Position numbers and translations under genes: made by a program. From Schmidtea polychroa (taxonomy: Eukaryota): 64,000 nucleotides of DNA. Positions within the stretch are counted from its first letter, which is position 1; each line of letters begins with the position of its first letter. The notes below the pieces were generated by a model that worked only from the letters and a program-made list of their open reading frames with translations, was not told where the DNA came from and did not search any database. Location of the stretch: positions 81,654,001-81,718,000 of the forward strand of contig CM097885.1 in the NCBI GenBank assembly GCA_044892525.1. Direction: 5' to 3'. Below, in pieces: positions 26,970-39,475 of this stretch.

Positions 26970-28390
26970 NNNNNNNNNNNNNNNNNNNNNNNNNNNNNNN
27001 NNNNNNNNNNNNNNNNNNNNNNNNNNNNNNNNNNNNNNNNNNNNNNNNNNNNNNNNNNNNNNNNNNNNNNNNNNNNNNNNNNNNNNNNNNNNNNNNNNNN
27101 NNNNNNNNNNNNNNNNNNNNNNNNNNNNNNNNNNNNNNNNNNNNNNNNNNNNNNNNNNNNNNNNNNNNNNNNNNNNNNNNNNNNNNNNNNNNNNNNNNNN
27201 NNNNNNNNNNNNNNNNNNNNNNNNNNNNNNNNNNNNNNNNNNNNNNNNNNNNNNNNNNNNNNNNNNNNNNNNNNNNNNNNNNNNNNNNNNNNNNNNNNNN
27301 NNNNNNNNNNNNNNNNNNNNNNNNNNNNNNNNNNNNNNNNNNNNNNNNNNNNNNNNNNNNNNNNNNNNNNNNNNNNNNNNNNNNNNNNNNNNNNNNNNNN
27401 NNNNNNNNNNNNNNNNNNNNNNNNNNNNNNNNNNNNNNNNNNNNNNNNNNNNNNNNNNNNNNNNNNNNNNNNNNNNNNNNNNNNNNNNNNNNNNNNNNNN
27501 NNNNNNNNNNNNNNNNNNNNNNNNNNNNNNNNNNNNNNNNNNNNNNNNNNNNNNNNNNNNNNNNNNNNNNNNNNNNNNNNNNNNNNNNNNNNNNNNNNNN
27601 NNNNNNNNNNNNNNNNNNNNNNNNNNNNNNNNNNNNNNNNNNNNNNNNNNNNNNNNNNNNNNNNNNNNNNNNNNNNNNNNNNNNNNNNNNNNNNNNNNNN
27701 NNNNNNNNNNNNNNNNNNNNNNNNNNNNNNNNNNNNNNNNNNNNNNNNNNNNNNNNNNNNNNNNNNNNNNNNNNNNNNNNNNNNNNNNNNNNNNNNNNNN
27801 NNNNNNNNNNNNNNNNNNNNNNNNNNNNNNNNNNNNNNNNNNNNNNNNNNNNNNNNNNNNNNAACCGGTCATAGTAGCCATAAAAACGGATGTTTTGATT
27901 AATTTATCTTTCGATCTATTTTAATGTACTTAATTAAATTTTTTCATAAAGTATTTTACTACAATCTTGATTTTTATCGGACTTTTTTGTAATAATATTT
28001 TTACTTGATAAGGATAAAGTTGAAAAATCAAAATTTCAATATGCAATGAAATTATATTTACTTTTATGGTCTTTTAACATGCACAGTAAAAATATAATAA
28101 TTAATAAATACAGGAATATTTGTAATCATATTAGTGGGGGGTATCAAATGTGATTGTAGCTCGGATGAGAATTTCTCACGGTAGGAAATCTGAAACGTGA
28201 AAATATTTAGAGAGTGCAAAAATGTCGATACTTAATTTTAATTATTTTTATTAAAAATTAATAACTAATATCAATTATTCATATATTTTCTAATTAATGT
28301 GGTTCCTGTTTCGCTATCAAAGAATAACGACTACACGACAACGCAGAAGTCACCCTATTCAGTGGACAACATAGGCTACTTTCATAAGAG

Positions 28391-29144
28391 CAGGGTTTTT
28401 TCAAACCTTTTCAGCGCTGGAACACTTGCCAAATCCGAAAATTTTGGCAGAACACTTAGCTTATTTTTTAAGTTGGGTAATTCATAATAGTTTAAATAAA
28501 AATAAAAAATGTTATTAAAAGCAATATCAGTGAATCATGAAAAAGCAATCCCATCTACCACATCGCTTTCATGCGCACAGGATGAGAGATAGTCGTTCTC
28601 CCTCATTAAAAAATATTGGCACTTGTTAAAGGCTTTTATTGCTGTACCAACTTCTAGGTACTAAAAATCTTCGCCTGCTCTTGACATCATAAAACTTAAT
28701 GAAGTTTAACTGTCGCTCGTCTTTCATTATGAAGTAGAATATGTTCAATTTAGATAGATATAAGCATAACGCACGTGTCCGTAATAAACCCTATATTTTT
28801 TCTCGGGTAGGCATTGCGCCGCGGAACACCTAGCATCACCTCACGGCACACCAGTTGCAGGGCTCTGAACTAGTGGACGCAGAACCCTGCGTTGCGGAGG
28901 CCCACCAGCTATAGGGGGCCCAAAATTATTACTAAAATAATATTTACAATCATTTTCTGAAACTTTTTTCCCGCAGTTATATTTGCCTACAAACATAAAA
29001 CTATCATTGAATAGCGGCTGCTGTGAATAACTATGTATTAAACTTTAACCGAAAAATTTAAGTGGAAATATTTTACATTGCGCGGGGGGCCCAAATATTG
29101 AAGCTCCGCCACTGGCTCTGCGGAACATAGTTTGGGAAACCATG
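28391..29144. mobile_element. hAT (Charlie-like) non-autonomous element containing a piece of another hAT end
   Basis: Termini CAGGGTTTTT / GGAAACCATG with a perfect 8-bp TSD CATAAGAG (28383-28390 and 29145-29152); internal end GCTCCGCCACTG at 29114. Confidence 0.8.
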
Positions 29145-31920
29145 CATAAGAGACTCCTGATCTGAGAAAAATAACGCAAATGTAACGGAATATTTAATCC
29201 ACGTAAATAATAGAACTCTGAGGGGTAGTATATAGAAAGGATATTTTAAAATGATTTTTAGAGCTTTGCAATACAAATACAATATATGTGAATAAGATGT
29301 AGACGTTTTGAAACTCGGAATCAAGCCGCTTTGTAAGATCGAAAATTTCCTGGAAGTTGATTCGTTTCATATTCTGTTTAATCAGAACTAAGCTCATATT
29401 ATAAGAGACGAGGATTAGGTCGGGTATAATTATGGATGGAATTATGCTACAGATTAGTTGTTATAATAATTGAAAATGAATTAATCTAAACAAAAAAATG
29501 CAATGTATAAAGTTACGGTATTTATTAAGAAAATTGTGTACAATGCGCTGTGTTGCATAAAATGCAAAAGTAGGGAAAACTGAAAAATTTAAATAGAGAG
29601 TAAAATTAATTAAAATCAAAAATCAATATTTTGCAGGGGAAAGATGTGAGTGAGTAGTAAATAAAATGTTAAAGACGAATATATTAATTAAAAATTGTTG
29701 AGTATCCAAATAAAGTTAATACAAAAAATAAAAACTAATTAACTAATAAATTAATTATTCAAATTTTTTTGGTAATCCCATTTGCGGTGGGTGCAGTGGG
29801 GGTCTATCAGGTTGATGTTCCGTTGTGGATAATTAGATTTTTCTAGAGCTTGGGGATCACTGTTAGGAGAGATCACATTATTCAAATAAATAATTACATG
29901 ATTTTAGGGAACCGTTTGAAAGATAATCGGTTAATTAAGAGCAATAATTAAGGTTTCAAATTAATGGTATAATGGTATAAATGGTATAAAAGAAGAGGCA
30001 ACAATAGACCGAACGGAGAAAAATATCGGAAGCCCATAAAAGTTAGAGAAACTATAGGAAACCCAGAGGAATTATAGAAGCATCAGACAAGAAATTATTG
30101 CTTTGCTTAAAACATTTACCTATCGAAGTGTCATCCAATAAGTTTATCTTTCATTTTTCAATTTAAATAATTAAAGAATATTTTTTATAAATACAATTCC
30201 AATTGAAAAGAAATCAGAGGTAAAAATCGAAAATAGTTATTACAATAAATAAAATATTTTACACCAAGGACCTCAATGGGTCTCGGTTTGCTAAATAGTG
30301 CTCAAGTCGATTACCTGCCATGGCGCCACTCCTTTGTTTCATGGATAATCAAGGCGTTTTTTATTTCACATGGGAGCTGGTAGAAATTGAACTTACTTTG
30401 AAAGATAAACTGAAAAAAAATGAAGAAAAATGTATTCCATAAATTTACAAGTCAATTTCATGAATTAAATTATATGATTATCCTAATTGAACTGATTCAA
30501 TTTAATATTAAGCCTGATTTTGTTTCCTATAAATCAGAGGCCCCCTTTTCTCAATTTCATCAATTCCACCCTATCATATCATCATTTATGTAAATTGAAT
30601 TTATTCCCTCTAATGATTAGGAAATAATTTTTCAATAATAGCATAAGATTTTATGTTNNNNNNNNNNNNNNNNNNNNNNNNNNNNNNNNNNNNNNNNNNN
30701 NNNNNNNNNNNNNNNNNNNNNNNNNNNNNNNNNNNNNNNNNNNNNNNNNNNNNNNNNNNNNNNNNNNNNNNNNNNNNNNNNNNNNNNNNNNNNNNNNNNN
30801 NNNNNNNNNNNNNNNNNNNNNNNNNNNNNNNNNNNNNNNNNNNNNNNNNNNNNNNNNNNNNNNNNNNNNNNNNNNNNNNNNNNNNNNNNNNNNNNNNNNN
30901 NNNNNNNNNNNNNNNNNNNNNNNNNNNNNNNNNNNNNNNNNNNNNNNNNNNNNNNNNNNNNNNNNNNNNNNNNNNNNNNNNNNNNNNNNNNNNNNNNNNN
31001 NNNNNNNNNNNNNNNNNNNNNNNNNNNNNNNNNNNNNNNNNNNNNNNNNNNNNNNNNNNNNNNNNNNNNNNNNNNNNNNNNNNNNNNNNNNNNNNNNNNN
31101 NNNNNNNNNNNNNNNNNNNNNNNNNNNNNNNNNNNNNNNNNNNNNNNAATGAATAGATATAATCACAAATAATAATCAATAAATATTAATAATCAATAGT
31201 ACACCACAATAATGTCACAAACCACAATCAATAAAGATCAGATCAAAATCAATTGTAACTATTGTCAATTTGAAACATGTGGCATATAAGATCAATGACC
31301 CTGTTGCTGTAACCCCATTCGTTGTCATACCTAAAAACAAAATGTAATTAAATTATTGATTATTTGAATTTAAACGCTGATTTTATTAGGCTCAAGGACA
31401 AACTGAGCACTATTGGACTCTGTAACAGCAATTGGAATATTATTAGAATTCTTCGTTCACAAACTCAATAATATATAAATATTAAATTTTTTTAATTAAT
31501 TTTAATAATTATAAATTTGAATAATAATTTCAAATGGTGAATTTTTTAAATTAAATGTTAACATAAATGTTCTTAATATTCTTAAAAAATACTTTTATAA
31601 AGAGAATAACGCAAAAATACAAAAGATTTAACGTAAACTTTTACTTATAATTTGTCAGTAATATAAGCACTAGCTACGCGTTTCTGTAACACAATCAACC
31701 AATCAGCTCTGAATCACATATTAGCTTTATCATACAAATTTTATGTAGTGAAATCTATGGTAAAAAAAGGATTTTCATAAAAATTTAGATTTAGATTTGT
31801 GTTATTTAAGTTTGTACAACGCGGTTTTAAGAAATCGGTTCGCTTTGGTAAACAACTGATGGTTGAATATTAATATACGATTTGTGTAATGTTTACATTC
31901 AAAATTTTTATGTATTTTAA

Positions 31921-32153
31921 CCCTTTCAACACTGAATTTTATTTCTTCAGAAAATGATTAATTTTTAGTGTTCTGTTTTTTTTGTTATAGGAAATGGAAT
32001 AAAAATGCGACTGACAATAATATATATATTTTTTATTTTAGGAGTTTTCAGCTGGGATAACATAGATCCCAGTAGTATGTTATGGTAGGGATATTTTTAT
32101 CCCAGCAGTAAACATTGTTTGGGATATAAAATATCCCAGGAGTGTTGTAAGGG
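31921..32153. mobile_element. piggyBac MITE (233 bp)
   Basis: TTAA-CCCTTTCAACACT ... AGTGTTGTAAGGG-TTAA; three internal GGGATA..ATCCC palindromes. Confidence 0.85.
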
Positions 32154-33068
32154 TTAACAAAATTTTAGATTTATAAGAAATTACAAATTTTTGGAATTTC
32201 TGACTTCTTTACTTCACAATAAAAATATTGCTTTAAAGATCTTTAGCATATTGGACTTATAAGATCATAGTTAAGATTTTCAAAGTTCTCATTTATGGTA
32301 TGCAAAAGAAAAACTATATAATTTTCATATTTTCTCAGTTGGCAACAGGGTCATGTCGAAATTAGCGACCGTTTTGTTTTAATGCTTTGACATTTGGTGA
32401 AAATGCATTACAAGTTACAGATGTGTTGTTTTTGATATTTTAGTAAGAATTATCATGTATTTTTCAATTGTTTTACTAAGGCTGTATCCAGTCTGTTCTA
32501 ATCTTTGTTTCTTTCTCATTATTGGATTCGATTCGGTTAAACAAAAGCAATAATTAACTATTACTTTTGTTGGGCTAAAACGTGGAGTTTCGAAAACTGG
32601 AGCGAATAGAAAAGTAATCCTTGAAAAATAAATGAAATAAGATAAAAATATAAAGTACCATAGAAATCTCACTAGTAAATAGGAAGGAACAATAAAATAA
32701 CAATAAAAGAATAAGAATAAGTAAACAAACTAAATAAAATCCAATAAACCCCTTGAGATTTAGAAATAAAGCGATTTAGGACCCAGCAGATGAAATAGAA
32801 TAAAATAAGTAAAAAAGTGACAACAAATAAAAGAGAAATTTAAGAAATAAATAAAAAAAAATAAAACTATCTTTAAGTCTAATTAAAACAAGAAATTATA
32901 CTACCATAAAGTAGCAATAAATCCACAGGAAAAATAGGAGAAAAATAGTAAAAACAAGAAAATAAATAAAATAATAATAAGAGATAAGTCAGGTCATCAA
33001 AAATTTAAAATACGATGATAAAAACATAAAAATAATAATAAATAGTAAAAATACAAGCAGGTAGCGTC

Positions 33069-33094
33069 CTGATTGGACGAAAAATACTATATAT
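33069..33094 (+). promoter_or_regulatory. Candidate LTR promoter: inverted CCAAT box plus TATA-like box
   Basis: CTGATTGG (reverse complement CCAATCAG) at 33069-33076 and TATATAT at 33088-33094, directly after a ~480-bp A-rich tract. Confidence 0.35.
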
Positions 33095-35453
33095 GTAACG
33101 TGAAAAATTAGACGACAACCACTTTTAATTTTTCACGATTACAGGTAAAATTTTAGAAAAACTTAAGAACCACTTTTAATTTTTCACGATTACAGAGCAT
33201 AGACTTCAGATATTTCACCGAATTCAGGACTAGAATCGCAAACGCTAATTCGAGAGATTTTCAGAATTTACCTTCAATTAATTTGAAACCAGTTTAAACT
33301 CGATTTCGTTCCAGTTTTTGAAACTATCGGTAGGCCGATTGATTTATATGTATTAGTTAATTTATTAGTGATGAAAGACAAAACTCATTTCGTAAAATAA
33401 ATTTATTGAAATACAAATGGCCTTTTCTTCATGGTGCCGGCGACTGTACCATCTGAGAGCTCCCAGTATGATGTGGATGAGTTGGAAATGTACCACGGCA
33501 GAGAACACAACAGTGGGAAGGTTGGCCCTCATAAGAAATCCCGAAGATGCTGAAAATGAGAATGTGATATTTGCAGAGAAGGATATTTATCATGTGAGAA
33601 ATCTACCAAGGTTATGATGAGGCTGCGGTTGTGTGGAATGAATAACATCATACTTGGAGTCCAAATGATAGGGTCGCCGGGTGAGCTTTATTGATCCATT
33701 TATTTTTACTGATTCATTTGCTACTATTTGATTCATTCATTCATTTTATTATTCATAAATTGTATATTAAATGTTGATTTTGTGAAAGACGAGTCAAACG
33801 GTCCCTCACGACGATGCAAGAACGGCGGCAGAGATGATTGCCTTCTTGGGTGGGTCATGAGGGGTGAGGAGACTCCGCAGGTGGAATACTGTTGGGAGTA
33901 GAATTTCTCACATCGAGCGCGATCTGATAGAGGATCTTTCGTTTTCTTTTATGAAGTCACGCTGAAGTTCCAGAATAAATAATGTAAATTTCCAAAGTCG
34001 GAGACAATTTTTCGGATTGAGATCAGTAGTTCGTTGTTGTTAGGAAAATTTGCTTTTCCGTCGAATATTGAAGGATGTCTGAGTAGGGATGGGCGATGAA
34101 TTGTTAGAGTTTTCACTGGAAGAGCTGCTAAGCCCTTAAAAATTGAACCCCGAGAGGTACATTGCAGGGACATTAGCGAGTAAACCCATTCATTTACTAA
34201 TTTAGACTTTAGCTTGACATTGAATATCTGATAAAGTTTGGTTTGACGTTGACAGCGGCTCGTCTAAAAGGGGAAAGTAAACAAATTTTTTGATAAAGAA
34301 ATAAATCACTTGCCGTGAGTCCGAGTGAAGATATCAATAGCGATAGGAGAATCATTAGTTGCCCATGGCCAGATAAGTTTCCGAGGGGGAAAATCGGCTG
34401 ATAATTTGATAAAGTCATCGAACGAGTTGATTTAGAAGGCGGCAGTCGATCGAGTGTATTGAGTGGTCTTATCGTGAGTCGACCTAATATCGAAAATCCA
34501 GAAAACAGAATAATTTTTATCTACTGAATCCGCAAGTCACCCACACAATCGAATTTCTTGAGTTTTGGACACACCAACTGAGTACCCGTCTCAACTAGAG
34601 CATCTCTCTACAACTCTACCTCTATTAATCGCTCGCCCACATGTACACATGCATCACACTCAGATTAGGTCACAGTGCACCTGTGGATATCATCATTACC
34701 TAATCATAGGGAGAGAGTCGTAAACTTGTATCTGCTAGTGGACCACTGGATTGCGTCAGAGAACATGGCGATGCGACGAGAAATTTTTTGTGTCAGTGTG
34801 CAAGTCGCTAGTTAAATGCACCAACATGCATCGTAACGAACCCGTCGATAGTTGAGGGTACAGATAGACAATCAAATGAACACATAACTGCGCCCGATTT
34901 AAGCGTCACTATGACGATGTTTATGACGTTAAATTGAAATAACTAATTTGTAATCCATGATAAAAATTTTAAGCGAGGGTATTATGATTTTCTTACAAAC
35001 CCGAGGGGTCTACATACAAGACGGGGTGTCCCGGTAATTGCCGATTTTCCGTTCATCATATAGCCCGCGTAGAATCTAACGACGTAGCAGCAAAATGAGT
35101 AAAATATAATTGTTAAAATGTAATAACGATAATTAAGATAATAGCGTTCATAGTAACGAAGTAACAGTCATGCAGTAGTTGAAGATAGTCAAACCCAAAA
35201 AGTATACCTAAAAGCTAGCATAATGAATTGTTTTCACGAATCCCGTTTTCTTCTCATAAAGTAGTAATGATTACATGGGTTAGTTTGGATGTTTGAGATT
35301 GCATGAAGGTGAATGTTTGCCAACGGGGTAGATTGGTAGGCCACTCTCGGATAACTTGGTCGAGGAGATCTTAAATTTCGTTTTCCGAAAATATGAATAA
35401 CACCCCAGTGAATTTTTTTTTCTATTTTTAATAAAAATTCCTTAACGATTTAG

Positions 35454-36218
35454 ATGAATACCTCAGCCAGTTCCGGGAAAACCCTCAGACCTTGCTTTTC
35501 CTGTGCTGATAAAAATGCCGATATCGCACAGCTCCACTTGTACATCGGGGAATTGAAGAAGAGAATTGACCTCTATGAGGGAACGTGGTTCTCCCCACCA
35601 CAAATGAAGGAGGAGAAGAGCAAGATTCTGCGTTTGGAGCACTGCCGTGACAGTCTCCTGGAAGAAAGCAGGTGCCAGAGGCTAACCATAAAGGCCCAAT
35701 CAGAGGCACTGCACAAGGTGTATTCCGAATCAGAACTAGCGAAGCGAGTTCGCGAGTACCCGATACAAGATGGGACTAACGTGTTCCCAATACACCACAA
35801 ATTAGCTGAAACCTCATCAATATCCAGTTGTAAAGGGCATGGCCCACAAATGCCGCCAATTCCCGCCCCAGTTCTTTCGGGCGATCGACCTATTGCTGGC
35901 GGTTCATCGGACCCTATCTTGGCTCCAGTACTCGTGCCACACCTCCTTCAGTCCCCAGCAGAAGCTGCACTCCCCCATCGAAAGCGTAAGCGGCTGACGC
36001 GTTCTGAAAAAAATCAGAAGCGTAGAAATGCCATGGCCGCGCTCGAAGCATCGTTATCTGTGGCCAAAGCAACTATCAAGGAAATTACAGTTACCCATTC
36101 CATTCCTACAAAGGAAGTATTCCGGGTAGTTCCGGCCGGCAGTATCAAATTCCTCGAAGATCGCCGGTTGCCCGTTGACATCGACGAGATGCTCGCAGAA
36201 GGAGGAGCATTCTCGTAG
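35454..36218 (+). CDS. LTR-encoded 254-aa protein of unknown function (CxxC, coiled coil, Pro-rich, basic NLS-like)
   Basis: ATG-initiated, GC-richer than its flanks; PCFSC, RKRKRLTRSEKNQKRR; acceptor-like CTTAACGATTTAG directly before the ATG. Confidence 0.7.
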   Translation: MNTSASSGKTLRPCFSCADKNADIAQLHLYIGELKKRIDLYEGTWFSPPQMKEEKSKILRLEHCRDSLLEESRCQRLTIKAQSEALHKVYSESELAKRVREYPIQDGTNVFPIHHKLAETSSISSCKGHGPQMPPIPAPVLSGDRPIAGGSSDPILAPVLVPHLLQSPAEAALPHRKRKRLTRSEKNQKRRNAMAALEASLSVAKATIKEITVTHSIPTKEVFRVVPAGSIKFLEDRRLPVDIDEMLAEGGAFS

Positions 36219-36760
36219 CCAATTCTCTCTCGGGTCTCGATTCCCCTGCTATTACGAACGAACTTGAAGAAGCGACGTTATCTCGTGACTAATCCTTAAT
36301 GTTTTGCACTTGTTTAAACAATGCTGAATGTAATTTGATGTTCCGTTCTAATATAACTGTTCGATTTTCTTTGATTGTGTAAATTGTATGTATGATTTGC
36401 TACGGTTGAATTGCATGAGAGAAGGATCACGAAAATATAGTAGAAACTTAAATGTCGTACCTTTTGGACCAGGGTCGGACCGAATGATGCGTAAAGAATG
36501 GGTAAGACCTTCTATGGCACCGTAGAACCCGAACCGAGAAAGGGTTAGGAGTAGTCCTAAGGCAGGGGCTCACCTGCTAACTCTTTCCAACCCGTGTGAG
36601 CAGTACCAACGTGGAACATCACCACGGGCTCATATGTGGGAATATGCGAATGATCATTTGGAGTGCGTGAGGGAAGGATCTGAGTAGAATAATGACACCT
36701 GATGTGTATGATAATCATGCCTATATATTTTCTTTCCCCCACATACGCCAACATGATTTT

Positions 36761-36778
36761 TGGGGGCTCAGCCGGGAT
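36761..36778 (+). promoter_or_regulatory. Primer-binding site, tRNA-Pro type
   Basis: TGGGGGCTCAGCCGGGAT matches the canonical tRNA-Pro PBS TGGGGGCTCGTCCGGGAT at 16/18; it lies 7 nt after the LTR end. Confidence 0.88.
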
Positions 36779-37230
36779 GAATTCGATTTGTTGATTACCC
36801 ATTATTGTGTTATGATGTGTTAGATTAACAATTTAATTAATTATGATTAAAAATGGAATCGGGACTGAAACGAATCGATATCGTAATACAATAGAATGAT
36901 GATACGAACTGAAAATAGAGCATGTATGAATAAAGATGAACCTAAATGAGTATGAATGTATATGATAGAGTATGATGAGAGAAGGAAACGGGAATTAGTT
37001 ACTTTGTTTAATTTTAATTTATTAAATTAAAAAGGGGAGACAAAAGAAAGTAATGACAATAAAATTAAAAGATTAAAGTCAAAAATACGACGGGGATTGT
37101 TAAAAAGACTAAATAAAATACGAAAGCTAGAAACAATAACAAATAAAAGAGAAACGAATATTAAATACAACGTAATAATATTATTGCTAATACTAGTAAG
37201 AACAAATAATAACAACACATTCATTTAGAT

Positions 37231-37710
37231 ATGTCAGACGCTAGACAACATCTACAACAGCTAAGCCGGTTCGTCGAAATAGAAAATGATTCAATAAAAA
37301 CATTAAGGGAAAAACTGAAACAAATAGAACTGCTAGAACAACAAAGCCACAACGCACCGCTGATATCCAAACAAAACTTTCTAACCGACAGATTAGGATC
37401 AACAAATACCGATACCGACTTGTCGATTCATTACCAATGGTTTCAGCAACGTCTCGACGACCCAGCGCTGAACATCGAATATGTGAGGATACGCGAACGA
37501 GTCAAAACTCTGTCTCAGCGGATACGAACATCAATAGTAGAGAAAGCAGCGGCCTTGAGAACTTGTAACATTTGCAAGATGCGACCTGTCAAAATTCTGA
37601 TTCTACCTTGTGGGCACCTTAGCCATTGTGACGAATGCGCCGCCAGTTTAATCCGGTGTTCTATGTGCACATGTGTAATAAAAGAGAAGCACACAATCTA
37701 CTTCAGTTAG
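37231..37710 (+). CDS. Coiled-coil protein with C-terminal IAP-type C3HC4 RING (putative E3 ligase), 159 aa
   Basis: CNICKMRPVKILILPCGHLSHCDECAASLIRCSMCTCVIKEKHTIYFS at the extreme C-terminus; no BIR visible. Confidence 0.85.
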   Translation: MSDARQHLQQLSRFVEIENDSIKTLREKLKQIELLEQQSHNAPLISKQNFLTDRLGSTNTDTDLSIHYQWFQQRLDDPALNIEYVRIRERVKTLSQRIRTSIVEKAAALRTCNICKMRPVKILILPCGHLSHCDECAASLIRCSMCTCVIKEKHTIYFS

Positions 37711-38292
37711 GTACGTGATCGTCGCTCGGTGAGAGAAATTGGATGGTGGAACAATTAAACTAAAATATTTTAATTTTTTTTGATTTGATTCATTAATATT
37801 TTAATAATGGTATCATATATCATATGTAGCATGGACTGAATAATCAATAAATCATTTTTGTGTGTTTATTTCATTTTGCGAAGCTATAATTTGATCTGTT
37901 GTATCATAATTTTCACCATGAAGAAAGGGTATTTTAAAATTTAAATCGAGTACATAAAGTGGAGCTAGTCCCAACATAAGATTAAAGGGGGAATAAACCG
38001 AGCCACCTTCGGGAGGTACGATAATTGAAAAACCGTTCGGGAGGGGATAACCGATCACCCCGAGTAAGAGATGTAAGGCGAGGTACCATCGCGAATATTG
38101 AAAAGTTTCTGCGGTATGGCTGATCACCATACCAATGCAGAAATGGATCAATGCGATCGTTTTGCGTTTTAAGCAAGGGGGGAAAGGGGAAACCTTCCAA
38201 AGCGGTACAGATTAAGTCGACAAATAAAAGTAAAAATAGGAAGATGACAGTATAGAATAAAGACAAAAAGGAACGGAAGCATGCAGAGTTTA

Positions 38293-38812
38293 GAGATATT
38301 AAGGCCGAGCTGTTGAAAAGTCCAGCCGGTCAGGAAAAATTAAAACTGAGCTGTGAAAAGTCCAGCCAGTCGGAGATATTAAGGCCGAGCTGTTGAAAAG
38401 TCCAGCCGGTCAGGAAAAATTAAAACTGAGCTGTGAAAAGTCCAGCCAGTCGGAGATATTAAGGCCGAGCTGTTGAAAAGTCCAGCCGGTCAGGAAAAAT
38501 TAAAACTGAGCTGTGAAAAGTCCAGCCAGTCGGAGATATTAAGGCCGAGCTGTTGAAAAGTCCAGCCGGTCAGGAAAAATTAAAACTGAGCTGTGAAAAG
38601 TCCAGCCAGTCGGAGATATTAAGGCCGAGCTGTTGAAAAGTCCAGCCGGTCAGGAAAAATTAAAACTGAGCTGTGAAAAGTCCAGCCAGTTCGGAGATGA
38701 AGAAGATTGAGCTGTTGAATAGTGCCAGCCAGTCGTAAGATCGAGTTGTTGAATAGTCCAACCGGTCAGGAGAAGAAGATTGAGCTGTTGAAAAGTGCCA
38801 GCCAGTCGTAAA
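38293..38812. repeat. Tandem array: 5 perfect 80-bp units (each a dimer of ~40-bp subunits) plus degenerate subunits
   Basis: Units start at 38293, 38373, 38453, 38533 and 38613; shared core GAGCTGT(T)GAAAAGTCCAGCC(G/A)GTC. Confidence 0.95.
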
Positions 38813-39475
38813 GGCCTAAAGTAATAGTGAGATAGCATTCAAGCTACAAGTTGATAACATTTAAATTACTAGTGAGATGGAATATTAAAGCTAGCTAGAA
38901 GCAAAGTGAGTTTGAAATATGGTATTTGAATTTAGAAAGGATTAAACGAGCTCGTGAGAAGTAATAATGAAATTTTTTTCAGTGGGAAAGAGAAACGGAA
39001 AAGGAAAATGAATTAAAGAGATAATGAAAATAAAGAATAAGTGATGAGTAAAAGAGGAAGGTGATTAATTAATTAAAAAAGGGATCCCAGACAAGTAGAC
39101 AAAGTTCTACAGAATTTTTTTTGGTTTAAACCGGTTAAACGAATTTTGTTTTGGTTACAGAGTAGAACCAAATAAGGGGAAACAGAGATGAAAGATTAAG
39201 TAAAATAGCGGAACCGCGTAAAAGGATTAAGAAAATATGGGGGGTAATAAGCAGTAACTGACAACGACCTATCGATATTATAAATGCTAACTATAGATAA
39301 TTTATACGACTATATAGATAATTGTTACCACCCCAAATAGATAATTTAAAATCGACGAAAAATATGGGTTGATGGGAAATTATATTCCGCGAAGAAGCGT
39401 ATGAGGGGAAATGAAGAGAAGTATAACAGAGGCCCTAAAACGGTGTCTGTGCTTGAATGTGGCAAAAAGGAATGA

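Larger units (their letters stand above)
32568..36753 (+). repeat. 5' LTR (4,186 bp)
   Basis: Starts TGTTGGGCT and ends GCCAACA; near-identical to 58971-63156 (I noticed one C/T difference, 32901 vs 59304; not compared exhaustively). Confidence 0.96.

Noticed and set aside
22591-29114. One large hAT element bounded by CAGTGGCGGA termini
   Set aside because: The 8-bp flanks differ (GTACGAAT vs GCTCTGCG), and the 29114 end lies inside a separate TSD-flanked element.
30300-30420. Possible minus-strand exon LPCEIKNALIIHETKEWRHG with a GTAATC donor
   Set aside because: Isolated, with no partner exon or homology recognisable.
7851-31179. ORFs made of X residues
   Set aside because: Artefacts of N gaps.
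33400-33700. Second spliced antisense LTR gene with a hydrophobic C-terminus
   Set aside because: It can be built with a GTAGAT..TTTCAG intron but has no clear start; too easy to obtain by chance.
37852-38281. Minus-strand hydrophobic ORFs between the RING gene and the tandem array
   Set aside because: TTG starts, conflicting frames and no recognisable motif.
38293-38812. CRISPR-like array
   Set aside because: The units are identical with no unique spacers, and the context is eukaryotic.
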